From assembly GCA_963813075.1 (NCBI GenBank), contig CAWEXU010000004.1:96001-160000 (forward strand): a stretch of 64,000 bases of DNA. The letters are read 5' to 3'. The stretch is from Methanotrichaceae archaeon. GTDB lineage: Archaea > Halobacteriota > Methanosarcinia > Methanotrichales > Methanotrichaceae. Below, in pieces: positions 53,706 to 63,333 of the stretch; position 1 is the stretch's first letter, and every line of letters starts with the position of its first letter. Both the position numbers and the translations under genes were made by a program. The notes below the pieces were generated by a model that did not search any database, was not told the DNA's origin, and saw nothing but the letters and a program-made list of their open reading frames with translations.

Positions 53706-54437
53706 TCAGAGACGGTTTATCTCCCCCAGCCTTTCCGGCCCCGCCATCAGCTCCGTTCCCACCAGCAGCGCATCCGCCCCCGCCTGCACCATCCGCCTGG
53801 CGTCCTTCGGGCTGTGCACCCCGCTCTCCGCCACCAGGAACACCCCCGCCTCTCGCGCCAGAGGCGCTAGCCGCTCGAAGGTCTCTAGATCCACTTCCAG
53901 AGTCTTCAGGTTGCGATTGTTTATGCCGATGATACGGGCATCTGTCTCCAGAGCCCTTTTCATCTCCTCCTCCGAATGGACCTCCACCAGTGGCTCCATT
54001 CCCAGATCCCTGGCCGCGGCAATGAAGCGGTCCAAATCGATATCCAGGGCGGCGATGAGCAGCACCAGATCCGCCTGGACCTCCGAGAGCTGCTCCTTAC
54101 TGAATATGAAGTCCTTTCTCAGGACCGGCAGGCCCGCCCGGCGAGCGGTCCGCGCATTCTCCAGACTGCCTTTGAAGTGAGTGGGCTCGGTGAGAACGGA
54201 GATGGCGCAGGCACCGTACTCTGCATAAGCCCGAGCATAGGCCGCCACCTCCTCCTGACTGAGCGTCCTGCCCAGGGCCTTGGGCTTGATCTCGGCGATG
54301 ATGGGTATCAGCCCTTTGCTCTTCGCTGCCCTGGCAGAGGAAACCAGATCCCTCCTCTCCTCCGCCGGCCAGGCAACCGCTGTCGCCGGCCCGCGGGCGC
54401 GGGAGGCCTCCAGGATGCCGTCGATTAAGGAGTGCAT
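53706..54437 (-). CDS. trpC: Indole-3-glycerol phosphate synthase
   Basis: 'IIAEIKP', 'ISVLTEP.HFKGS', 'PVLRKDFI', 'IIGINNRNL', 'VAESGV'. Confidence 0.96.
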   Translation of the reverse strand: MHSLIDGILEASRARGPATAVAWPAEERRDLVSSARAAKSKGLIPIIAEIKPKALGRTLSQEEVAAYARAYAEYGACAISVLTEPTHFKGSLENARTARRAGLPVLRKDFIFSKEQLSEVQADLVLLIAALDIDLDRFIAAARDLGMEPLVEVHSEEEMKRALETDARIIGINNRNLKTLEVDLETFERLAPLAREAGVFLVAESGVHSPKDARRMVQAGADALLVGTELMAGPERLGEINRL

Positions 54438-55006
54438 TCTTCCATCTCCTCCACCCAGTTCTTGATGATCCTCTTTCCCGAGGGAGTGAGCACCGACTCC
54501 GGATGGAACTGCAGCCCGCAGTGAGGCCGATTCTTGTGGCGGATGGCCATCACCACCCCCTCCGCGCTCCGGGCACAGGCCACCACCTCCGGGCTGAGCC
54601 TTTCAATGGCCAGGGAGTGGTAGCGACCGCCCTGCAAGGGATTCTCCACTCCCCGGAATATCCCCCGGCCATCATGCTCGATCTGGGAGGTCTTGCCGTG
54701 CAGAGGCCTGGTATGAGATATGGTCCCCCCATAGGCCAGGTTCATCGCCTGGTGGCCCAGACACACCCCCAGGATGGGCGTCCTGGGAAAGCCCAGGATT
54801 ATCTCCAGGCAGCTGCCGATGTCCCTCGCCCTGGCCGGATGACCGGGACCCGGGGAGATCACAATCCCCCTGGGGTCCAGCCTCTCCACTTCCGCCACAG
54901 AGATGGTGTTGGGGCGGACGATGGTGTTATCGTAGTATATGGATACGTAGTCCACCAGGTTCCAGACGAAGGAGTCATGATTGTCCACAAAGAGAATCGG
55001 CCTCAT
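54425..55006 (-). CDS. trpG: Anthranilate synthase component II
   Basis: 'DNHDSFVWNL', 'ISPGPGHP', 'GVCLGHQ', 'RYHSL', 'QFHPES'. Confidence 0.96.
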   Translation of the reverse strand: MRPILFVDNHDSFVWNLVDYVSIYYDNTIVRPNTISVAEVERLDPRGIVISPGPGHPARARDIGSCLEIILGFPRTPILGVCLGHQAMNLAYGGTISHTRPLHGKTSQIEHDGRGIFRGVENPLQGGRYHSLAIERLSPEVVACARSAEGVVMAIRHKNRPHCGLQFHPESVLTPSGKRIIKNWVEEMEECTP

Positions 55007-56454
55007 GCCGCCACACCCAGGGCCCTTTTCATGGCTGCCATCTTCCTTTCCGTCTCCTGGTATTCCTTCTCCGGGTCCGAATCCGCCACGATCCCCGCCC
55101 CTGCCTGCACTGTGGCCACGCCGTCCTTGACCAGAACGCTTCTTATGGCTATGGCGAAGTCCGAACTCCCGTCTATGGAGAAGTATCCTATGCCCCCGCC
55201 ATAAATTCCCCGCGGAGCCCCCTCCAGCTCATCGATGATCTCCATCGCCCGCAGCTTGGGGGCGCCGGATAGTGTGCCCGCCGGAAATACCGACCGCGCG
55301 GCATCGAACTGGTCGCACTCCTCCCGCAATTCGCCAATCACTGTGGTCTCTATGTGCTGGACATGAGAGTATTGCAGAACGGACATGAAATCCTCTACCT
55401 GAACCGTTCCTGACCGGCACACGGATCGCACGTCATTACGGCCCAGGTCCACCAGCATCACATGCTCCGCCCTCTCCTTCTCATCATTGAGCATAATCCG
55501 GGCATACCGGTCGTCCTCGGATTTTGTCCTCCCGCGTGGACAGGTCCCGGCAATGGGGTTGACCTTCAACATGCGATTGTAGGTGTTGAAGAGGGTCTCG
55601 GGCGACGCTCCCACAATGGCCAGCTCCCCGAACTCGAATAGATAGGTGTAAGGGCTGGGATTGATGCTTCTCAGCTTCAAATAGAGCTTGACCGGATCCG
55701 GACACTCAATTCTGGTCGACCGGGCTAAGACGACCTGAAATATGTCCCCGTCGATGATATGCTCCTTGGCCTGGCAGACGGCATCCTTGTACTCCTCGGG
55801 CTCCCCAGCGGAGAGCACCCTGCCGGAAATATTCGGATCCTCGTCCGGATTGTAATGGGGATCAATTCCGGCAATGGTCTCAATCAGATTGACCTTGGGG
55901 CCGGGCAGAATGGGGGCGATGGAGAAGTAGACCTTGCGGTCCAGGTGATCGAAGATGAAGGTGCTCTCCGCCAGGCCGAACTGGGCGTCCGGAGTGTCAG
56001 AGGTCGAGCTCTTCCCCAGCCTCTCATTCACCAGGTCGTAAGCCAGATAGCCTATCCCTCCCCCGGTGAACACCTGCCTGGAGAAGCTGTTGGGCGCTCC
56101 ACGGCAGGAAGGTATGGCCGCCCTCAGCACATCGAAGAGGTCGTAGCCATCTTTGATCGGCCCCTGGAGAACTGAGCCCTTCTTTTCCACCTCCACGCAT
56201 ACGGAGAGCCTCTCGGACATCGGCTCCATTCCGCCGTTGAAAAACTCCATCTTAAGGAAGCGGTTCTTGACCGAGATCATGGCCGATGGATCGGCTCCCA
56301 CAAAAGAGAACCTGGCCTTCTGCCCGGACTTCTCCACCGACTCCAGGAGATAGGGGTACCGGCGATCGCGCAGAGCCATGTATAAAGACAGGGGCGCGTC
56401 CACGCTGACCTTATTGCTCACATCTATGAACACCGGAGCTACAGCGCTTGGCAT
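55003..56454 (-). CDS. trpE: Anthranilate synthase component I
   Basis: 'LLESVE', 'GDIFQVVLAR', 'NPSPY', 'PIAGT', 'EHVMLVDLGRND', 'PAGTLSGAPK'. Confidence 0.96.
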   Translation of the reverse strand: MPSAVAPVFIDVSNKVSVDAPLSLYMALRDRRYPYLLESVEKSGQKARFSFVGADPSAMISVKNRFLKMEFFNGGMEPMSERLSVCVEVEKKGSVLQGPIKDGYDLFDVLRAAIPSCRGAPNSFSRQVFTGGGIGYLAYDLVNERLGKSSTSDTPDAQFGLAESTFIFDHLDRKVYFSIAPILPGPKVNLIETIAGIDPHYNPDEDPNISGRVLSAGEPEEYKDAVCQAKEHIIDGDIFQVVLARSTRIECPDPVKLYLKLRSINPSPYTYLFEFGELAIVGASPETLFNTYNRMLKVNPIAGTCPRGRTKSEDDRYARIMLNDEKERAEHVMLVDLGRNDVRSVCRSGTVQVEDFMSVLQYSHVQHIETTVIGELREECDQFDAARSVFPAGTLSGAPKLRAMEIIDELEGAPRGIYGGGIGYFSIDGSSDFAIAIRSVLVKDGVATVQAGAGIVADSDPEKEYQETERKMAAMKRALGVAA

Positions 56455-57079
56455 CCTCTCACCTTCTCTACAAATGCTCGGACCTTAAAGGGGTCCTTTC
56501 TGCCCCCGGTCTCTGTGCCACTGGAGACATCCACCGCATAGGGCCTCACCTTCTCTATAGCCTGAACGACATTTTCCGGGTCAAGCCCCCCGGCCAGGAT
56601 CACCGGCACCTGAAGCGATCTGACGATCCCGGCGCTCTTATCCCAGTCGTGTACCCTTCCCGTCCCGCCCAGCTTTCCTTCGACCATGCTGTCTAAGAGT
56701 ATTGCATCCGCCACCGATTCGTATCTTTTTGCCTGCTTGTCGCCGTCATTTGCGGCCACGGCAACCACCAGCTTCTGGCGAAGCCGGCCCTTCAACTCCA
56801 TAATATCCGAAGGAGGCAGCATTGAATGCAGCTGGAGGACATCTGCCCGGGTGGTATCGGCCAGCCGCAGGGCATCATCCACATCCCTGGGGTGGATCAC
56901 CGCCACGCTCTTGGTGTAAACCGGCACCCTGCGGATCAGATCCGCAGCTTTTTGGGCAGAGATGCAGTGCCTGGACTCTTCGATCTCCACCACAAATCCC
57001 ACGGCATCCGCTCCTGCCTGAAGGGCAACTGGCTAGATTCGTCACTATTCATAATTCCGCAGATCTTGACCCTGGTCAT
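56439..57079 (-). CDS. trpF: Phosphoribosylanthranilate isomerase (indels near 57030)
   Basis: True start MTRVKICGIMN at 57079 (ATGA overlap with trpD); 'GGTGRVHDW', 'ILAGGLDPENV', 'VDVSSGTE'. Confidence 0.92.
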
Positions 57080-58109
57080 AAGAAGCGCTCCAGCTTCTCT
57101 GGCTCGCCGTTTGCCTTAACCATCCTCTTCAGAGTCTTCAAGGCCTCTCCGGAATCGATGGCCTCCTCGGCCATGCTCGCCCCCTTCTTCAGAGTGGAGG
57201 CCAGGCCCGATACATAGACCGCCGCCCCGGAGTTGATGACGATGATATCCCTGGCCGGGGAGATCTCGCCTCTCAATACCTCGACCAGCTTGCGGGCGTT
57301 CTCATCGGGCATCCCGCCGGCGATATCGGCGCTTTTGGCCTGGGGGTAGCCCAGATCCTCGGGCCGGAGGGTGTAGTTCTTCACCGATCCGTCCTTCAGC
57401 TCAGAGACGCGGGTCTCGCCGGTGTTGGTGATCTCGTCCATGCCCTCGCCGTTCACCACCATCGCCCTCTTCGCCCCCAGTATTTGCAGCACCTGGCCAG
57501 CGTCTCGCACAGGGCCGGATCGTAGACTCCCATCACCTGCGCCTTCGCCCCGGCGGGATTGGTGAGGGGGCCCAGGATATTGAAGACGGTGCGAATGCCC
57601 AATTCACGTCTCACCGGGCCCACCCGCTTCATGGCGGGGTGGAATGCCGGCGCCAGCATGAATCCTATTCCCACCTCCTGAATCAGAGACTGGACCTCTG
57701 CCGGGTCGGAGCTGATCCGCACCCCCAGAGCGTCCAGGACGTTGGCGCTGCCGCACTTCGAGCTGATGGCATAGTTGCCGTGCTTGGCCACGGGCACGCC
57801 GCAGGCGGCGGTGACTATGGCCGCTGCGGTGCTCACATTGATGGTGTTCGAGCCGTCCCCTCCTGTGCCGCAGGTATCGACCAGCGTGCCACTTACAGAG
57901 GGCTCTATGCGGATGGCGGACTCTCGCATCTTCCTGGCAAATCCAGCGATCTCTGATACCGATTCGCCCTTTCTTCGCAGTGCAACCAGAACCGCTCCGA
58001 TCATAGCATCGGATGCCTTATTGAAGATCTCGTCCATCAGGGCCTCAGACTCCTCCAGGGAGAGGTCCTGCCCTTCCATGATCTTTTGAAGATAACTCAA
58101 ATGAATCAC
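57076..58109 (-). CDS. trpD: Anthranilate phosphoribosyltransferase (frameshift near 57500)
   Basis: 'DTCGTGGDG..TINVST', 'KHGN..SSKCGSA', 'RTVFNILGPLTNP', 'GMDEI'. Confidence 0.94.
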
Positions 58110-58121
58110 CAGATTAGTTGA

Positions 58122-58168
58122 TGTACAACTTTGTACTATACTGAGTAAAAACGTACATTGTATTTATA
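58122..58168 (-). promoter_or_regulatory. trp operon promoter with TRP-box-like operators
   Basis: Minus strand: TATAAATA (58168-58161), TGTACG, then AGTACA-N4-TGTACA just upstream of the trpD start. Confidence 0.7.
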
Positions 58169-58274
58169 GATTATGCATTGCTGACCAGAAGATTCCATAG
58201 TGCAGGGGAGGCTGCCATAGACCTGATCGACCTCATATCGCATCGATCTCATCCCATGCGCCCTTCTCTGTCCG

Positions 58275-58375
58275 ATCGGCTATAGGGTCGACTACAGGGC
58301 CGGGGGCTTAGGGTCAGCGATAGTATCGGCTGTAGGGTCAGCCGACAGTATCGGCTATAGCGTCAGCTAGAGTCC
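58275..58375. repeat. Degenerate ~25-bp tandem repeat with hairpin
   Basis: ATCGGCT(A/G)TAG(G/C)GTC units; central copy TCGGCTG-TAGGGT-CAGCCGA is a perfect 7-bp stem. Confidence 0.55.
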
Positions 58376-58456
58376 TATATTTAGTCAGAAATCAGCGATC
58401 TCTGCCGCAAAGGGGATAATCCAGCAGGCCGTATTCAGGGATTCGAATGAGGGCAT

Positions 58457-59353
58457 GTGGGTGGATCTATGGTTGAAAGAAAGAATTCAATGATATTGGC
58501 GGCGGCGATATTGGCCTTGATGGTGCTGGCCGGGATGATGGCCGCGGTTGCCGTGGATCTCGGCACTCAGACCGATCCGGATGAGGAGCTGATAGTCTTT
58601 TGCGGTGCGGGATTCACCGGGGCCATAAGCGAGATCGGCGAGATCTATGAGAACATCAGCGGCCGGCGAGTGCGATTCAATTTCGATGGCCTTCCCTCTC
58701 TGCGGGTTCAGATCGCAGAGGGTGCCTATGCCGATCTTTTGATATCGCCGGATCAGAGGTACATGGATCCACTGGTCGATGAAGGCTTTATTGAGAAGGA
58801 CACAGTCGAGGTCTTTGCCGGGAATCTGGTGGCAGTGGTCGTACCGGCTAGTAACCCCGCCAATATCACCACCATCCGGGACCTGGCCGCTCCAGGGACC
58901 AAGATCGTGATGGGAATAAAGGAGCTTCCCATAGGAGACCATGCCCTGCAGGTCCTTGACCATCTGGCAGAGGATCCCGAATACGGACCGGCCTATAAAG
59001 AGGCGGTCCTCGCCAATGTGGTATCTTTAGAGACCCGGGTCACGGGCATTGTCTCCAAGGTCGCTTTGGGGGAGGCGGATGCCGGGTTTGCCTTCATGTC
59101 CGATGTCACCCCCCAGATGAAAGAGAAGATCAGAAAGATCTCCATTCCAGAGCGATACAATGTACGGGGAGACTGCAGTGCGGCTGTGTTATCACAATCC
59201 GATAATTCTGAGGCCGCAGAGGCATTCATCGATCTATTGATGTCAAATGATGCTCAGGCCATACTGGATGAATACGGATTTATTGCAGGACCCAATGGTG
59301 AAGGCTCAAAGATATTAAGAGGCCATGAGGTTATAAGGTACCACCAGCATTGA
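58457..59353 (+). CDS. modA: Molybdate ABC transporter substrate-binding protein
   Basis: Signal anchor; 'VRFNFDG..SLRVQIAEGAYADL', 'FAGN', 'KVALGEADAGF..SD'. Confidence 0.88.
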   Translation: MGGSMVERKNSMILAAAILALMVLAGMMAAVAVDLGTQTDPDEELIVFCGAGFTGAISEIGEIYENISGRRVRFNFDGLPSLRVQIAEGAYADLLISPDQRYMDPLVDEGFIEKDTVEVFAGNLVAVVVPASNPANITTIRDLAAPGTKIVMGIKELPIGDHALQVLDHLAEDPEYGPAYKEAVLANVVSLETRVTGIVSKVALGEADAGFAFMSDVTPQMKEKIRKISIPERYNVRGDCSAAVLSQSDNSEAAEAFIDLLMSNDAQAILDEYGFIAGPNGEGSKILRGHEVIRYHQH

Positions 59354-59365
59354 GAGGGAATTACT

Positions 59366-60145
59366 ATGACCAGCGGAGAATTGTTAGAGGAGACAAAGAG
59401 GCGTTTTATCCAGCTATTGCAGTCCCAGGAGGGCGAGGCCTATCGCCGGGAGATGGATGGTGAGGTGGTCATCAGCCGGCCGCTCAGCGCTCTGGAGGCC
59501 ATCGGAGATCCGGGAAGGGACGATTTTCCCATAATCAGAGGGAAGGAGGTTCTCATGCAGGCAACCTTCAAGGGAGTGGCCGGACAGGCGTTCACCGCTG
59601 CCAGGGGAGACTTCCGGGGAACATTAGGGGATGTCCTGGCTCTGCCTCTGAATGAGAACTTCGAGCGGGCGGTCTTTGTTGCCACCATGAATGCCGCACT
59701 CAGATATCTGGGCAAGATCGAGAATACCGTCCACTGCCGGGATGATGGCCCGAAAAAGTGCTCATCTTTGGCCGCGGACTGGCTGAGAGATCAGAAATGG
59801 GAGAAGGTGGGCCTGGTGGGCCTGCAGCCGGCCATTCTGGGAGCATTAGTTGAGGCCTTCGGCAGGGAAAGGGTGATGGTCTCGGACCTGGCAGAGGCGG
59901 GCAGCGAGCGCTGTGGGGTCCGGGTGCTGGACGGCCTGAATTCCGGTGAGATATTCGAGCAGTGTCAGATCATTTTGATCACCGGATCGACCATAGTTAA
60001 CGGCACCATCGACGGCCTCCTGGAGCAGGCAGCTGAGCACGACCGAAGGGTGGTGCTCTTCGGAGTGACCATAGCCGGAGCGGCATATCTCCTGGGAGCT
60101 GGAGAGCTGGTGCGCCTGCTCGACCTGAGAGCATTTGAGGGATGA
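59366..60145 (+). CDS. DUF364/Rossmann-like putative metal-binding protein
   Basis: 'DDFPIIRGKEVLMQA', 'ERAVFVATMNA', 'LITGSTIVNGTID', 'FGVTIAG'; C-terminus probably ..LESWCACST after a 1-nt error near 60097. Confidence 0.75.
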   Translation: MTSGELLEETKRRFIQLLQSQEGEAYRREMDGEVVISRPLSALEAIGDPGRDDFPIIRGKEVLMQATFKGVAGQAFTAARGDFRGTLGDVLALPLNENFERAVFVATMNAALRYLGKIENTVHCRDDGPKKCSSLAADWLRDQKWEKVGLVGLQPAILGALVEAFGRERVMVSDLAEAGSERCGVRVLDGLNSGEIFEQCQIILITGSTIVNGTIDGLLEQAAEHDRRVVLFGVTIAGAAYLLGAGELVRLLDLRAFEG

Positions 60146-60244
60146 TGAGCAGGATCATTGAGCATGGTCTTTAAAAACGCTGAACAAAAAAATATAAGAT
60201 TAAATATATAAGCAAAAATTATTTGCATTCAGGAGAGATCAGAC

Positions 60245-60532
60245 CTACCACTTGCCGCTCTCGATGACATTGAGCTTGTCCATTACCTGGGCTATGGCCT
60301 CTGGACTCAGATTATGCTTCCGGCAGATCTTAAGGACGCGCCCCAGCTCGGTATTCTGATCGGTTCCCGTGAGCTGGGCGGCATAGATCTCTGCTGCATC
60401 CAGGCCTTTCTCCATAACCACCCTCTTGGCCTCCTTCAGAACATCCCCGGTTATGCAACTCCTGGCAGCGCCGATCTCCTCAATTGCTTTTCCCATATCC
60501 TCCAATTCCTTTGAACTCAGCATCTCTTTCAC
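60245..60532 (-). CDS. Small hypothetical protein
   Basis: 95-aa helical-looking ORF, GTG start. Confidence 0.65.
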   Translation of the reverse strand: MKEMLSSKELEDMGKAIEEIGAARSCITGDVLKEAKRVVMEKGLDAAEIYAAQLTGTDQNTELGRVLKICRKHNLSPEAIAQVMDKLNVIESGKW

Positions 60533-60923
60533 CTCGCAGATTCTATATGAATAATGATAGGACTTAATATCATAAATATCTATTGAGAACGAATATCAAT
60601 ATGCAATGCACGCGATCCTGGGAAAAGATTTATGCCTGAAGATCGTCATTCAGGTCTTTTGCTCGCTCTTGTCCCCGGACATGCCCTTCGCAGGAGGGGA
60701 TGATTCACGGCTCATCTTTCGGGAATCGTTCTCTTCTTCCAGGTCGGACAAATCTGCTCCGCACATCGCTGGATCTCTTCATTGCCGCTATAAATAGTCG
60801 AGCAGATGCCAGCAACTGCCTTCCAAGGGCAGCAAAGCAAGCCATCGCCTGGCTGACAATGGCATAGCTGGGCTTATCCCGCCACCGCAAGACCTATTAT
60901 CCCAAGAATGGTTCTGGCAATAC

Positions 60924-61883
60924 ATGTCGAACCTGAATGTGGCGATCCTGGGCGCCTCTGACTACGGCAAGGAATTAGGAAAGAAGGGCACTGTCAGCGA
61001 TCTTACCTTTTATAATCTGAAGAAAGGGGAGAATACCGTCACCCTCATCGAGCCGAGCAGATACCCGGAGAGGATAGCCCCCCTATTTTACGCCGTCTCC
61101 ATGTCCCAGAAGACCCTGTTGATTGTGGATCAGATGGATCCCGCCTTTGGGGAGACGGTTCTCATGCTGGACTCTCTGGGCAAGAACGAAGGCATGGTGA
61201 TCTTGAGAAACTTCATCAGCAGAGACCAGATCAGCCCTTTCATCAAAGGCACAGTGGTTGATGGATACGAATTTCTGGATGATGATAAAAACGCCCTGCG
61301 TGAGAAGCTCCTGGACTATGCCGCGAAGCTTGAGACCCGCTACGACTCTCCAACCGGAACGATGCCTGTCGACCACTTCTTCAATGTGCGGGGCATAGGA
61401 ACAGTGGTCTTAGGATCGGTGGCTGAGGGGACCCTGAAAAAGCATGATGAGCTGATGGTCCTCCCCGGAGACAAGACCGCCCAGATCCGGTCAATTCAGA
61501 AGCATGATGAGGACTTCGATGTGGCCGGGGTGGGGGAAAGAACAGGGATAGCCCTCAAAGGAGTCGACGTCGAGGACCTGGATAGGGGGACAATCCTCAC
61601 CAACGACAAATCGATCAAGAAGGTCTCAGAAATCTCAGTAAAAGCCCAGATCGTCAAGTACTGGCCCAGCCCCCTCAAAGAGGGAATGGTGCTTCACATC
61701 GGCCACTGGATGCAGTTCGTCCCGGCCAGGGTGCAGGAGGTATTGCCGGAGGCAGACTGGCACCGAGCAGAGCTTAAACTGAAGCTGGACAAGATGCTCA
61801 TCTTCCGGCCAGGGGCAAAGGCGGTCCTGACCTATCCCGAGGGAGGAAAGCTCAGAGTGGTGGGGACAGTAGACCTTCCCTGA
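60924..61883 (+). CDS. SelB-like/EF-Tu domain 2 protein with degenerate GTPase domain
   Basis: 'LGKKGTVSDLTFYN', 'VDHFFNVRGIGTVVLG', 'IRSIQKHD'; no canonical G1 P-loop. Confidence 0.85.
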   Translation: MSNLNVAILGASDYGKELGKKGTVSDLTFYNLKKGENTVTLIEPSRYPERIAPLFYAVSMSQKTLLIVDQMDPAFGETVLMLDSLGKNEGMVILRNFISRDQISPFIKGTVVDGYEFLDDDKNALREKLLDYAAKLETRYDSPTGTMPVDHFFNVRGIGTVVLGSVAEGTLKKHDELMVLPGDKTAQIRSIQKHDEDFDVAGVGERTGIALKGVDVEDLDRGTILTNDKSIKKVSEISVKAQIVKYWPSPLKEGMVLHIGHWMQFVPARVQEVLPEADWHRAELKLKLDKMLIFRPGAKAVLTYPEGGKLRVVGTVDLP

Positions 61884-61893
61884 AGGCCGGAAG

Positions 61894-62157
61894 CTAGTCC
61901 TCTGAGGATGAAGAGCTGGTCTCCTGCCAGTGTTCTCCTCTGGAGGGAGCCGTCCTCAATGCCTCTTCGCGTTCGGCATTCAGCAGCCCATCCAGCCAGT
62001 CGTTGAGCTTTTTGCCGGTATTATGCTTTGCCCAGTACGACTGGAGCCTGACATGCTGGTCGCAGCGGTGGTTGAGGCTGATGCCGCGCTGGCAGATGGG
62101 CCCGCCGCACGGCCCGTGGCCCTTCAGGTCGCATTCTATTGCATTCATCTCATCCAT
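61894..62157 (-). CDS. Small Cys/His-rich hypothetical protein
   Basis: 'CDLKGHGPCGGPIC..HRCDQH' possible metal site. Confidence 0.6.
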   Translation of the reverse strand: MDEMNAIECDLKGHGPCGGPICQRGISLNHRCDQHVRLQSYWAKHNTGKKLNDWLDGLLNAEREEALRTAPSRGEHWQETSSSSSED

Positions 62158-62228
62158 CGGCTGCTCGAGAGTTTATCTAGATTATCCTGGATCTTTTCCG
62201 GATGAATTAATCCGGATGCTCATAAGAT

Positions 62229-63203
62229 CTAATCCAGATGTTCCAGATGGAACGACTCCGCCAGCACCTCATGATTGGTCTTGCCACAAACGAATGTCCT
62301 TCGCGATCGGACCTCATTCATCACCACTTTGGCCGGTGCGAAGACATTATGGTCCACCTTGAAGAAATCAAAGCCTGCGGCCTTGAAGGTCTGGTAGAAA
62401 GGCGCTCCCCAGTCCCGGGAAGCAGATGAGGGCATCTCCTTCAGGTATTTTTGCAGCTCCTCGATATCCTCATAGACCAGAGTGTAGTAGGTCTCTCCGC
62501 CATAGATAATAGCGTCATTGGATGAGCCCATGCAGTTGGTGGCGTCCCCGGTGATGGGCGAGATGGGCGCTCTCCCCCAGCCGCTCTTGACAGTGTTGAT
62601 GTCAAAGCCCATGGTAAAGAGCTTATGCAGGCCGGTCTCCACCACCCTTGCAGATACCTGCACCAGGCCGGCCACGGAGTCCGTGGGGGCAATGGCAATT
62701 CTCAGGTCAGCGGGATCGATTCCGCACTTCTGGGCAATCGATGCCGAGACCTTCTCATCCGGCAGCTTATTCGACTCCAGGACGATGACCCCGATATCAG
62801 AGAACTCCTCAAACCCGATCTTCTCATACAGGTCACGGGTCTTTCCCGCCAGCACCCTTGCCGGGCCGCTGCCCATGGCGAAGTACTTGTCCGCCTTGAT
62901 CTGCCACATGGCGCACTGGGAGGCCATACATGATACCGCCGGATAGTCCGTGGCCACCTGCACCCCCGGCAGGAGGACTCCGCCTATATCGCATGGACAG
63001 AGCTGAATGTCAGCCAGGTCGCTCATGCACAGGCGGGAGAGGTATATGCCCGCCCCTATCCCCCCCCGGGCCTTCACTCCCGCATCTATGATCACTGTGC
63101 CGTTTTCAAGCTCAGAGACCTCTATTTGCAGCTCATCTCCATAGTCGAGCATCTCCTCGAAGACCTCAAAACCCATCTCATTGATTCCCATCAAGGCGAA
63201 CAC
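62229..63203 (-). CDS. mch: Methenyltetrahydromethanopterin cyclohydrolase
   Basis: 'IDAGV', 'CMASQCAMW', 'MGSGPAR', 'VQVSARVVETG.HK', 'NDAIIYGG', 'FAPA'. Confidence 0.93.
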   Translation of the reverse strand: MFALMGINEMGFEVFEEMLDYGDELQIEVSELENGTVIIDAGVKARGGIGAGIYLSRLCMSDLADIQLCPCDIGGVLLPGVQVATDYPAVSCMASQCAMWQIKADKYFAMGSGPARVLAGKTRDLYEKIGFEEFSDIGVIVLESNKLPDEKVSASIAQKCGIDPADLRIAIAPTDSVAGLVQVSARVVETGLHKLFTMGFDINTVKSGWGRAPISPITGDATNCMGSSNDAIIYGGETYYTLVYEDIEELQKYLKEMPSSASRDWGAPFYQTFKAAGFDFFKVDHNVFAPAKVVMNEVRSRRTFVCGKTNHEVLAESFHLEHLD

Positions 63204-63333
63204 CTTTCCCCATCGAGAGGGCGATAGTCCATAAAAGTCTATCGAATGAGACCTCTTTCAAGAATTAATATTTTAAAAAAATGACGGACTGCTAGGCAGA
63301 TATTCTGCCTCTCCGGACGAGATTCCGTCCCAC

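Noticed and set aside
60590..60920. Intergenic region as a possible ncRNA
   Set aside because: No recognisable RNA family motif or convincing extended pairing by eye.
60924..61883. SelB-like gene as evidence for selenocysteine decoding
   Set aside because: The GTPase motifs are degenerate, this family occurs in non-Sec archaea, and no in-frame TGA selenoprotein candidates were seen in the window.
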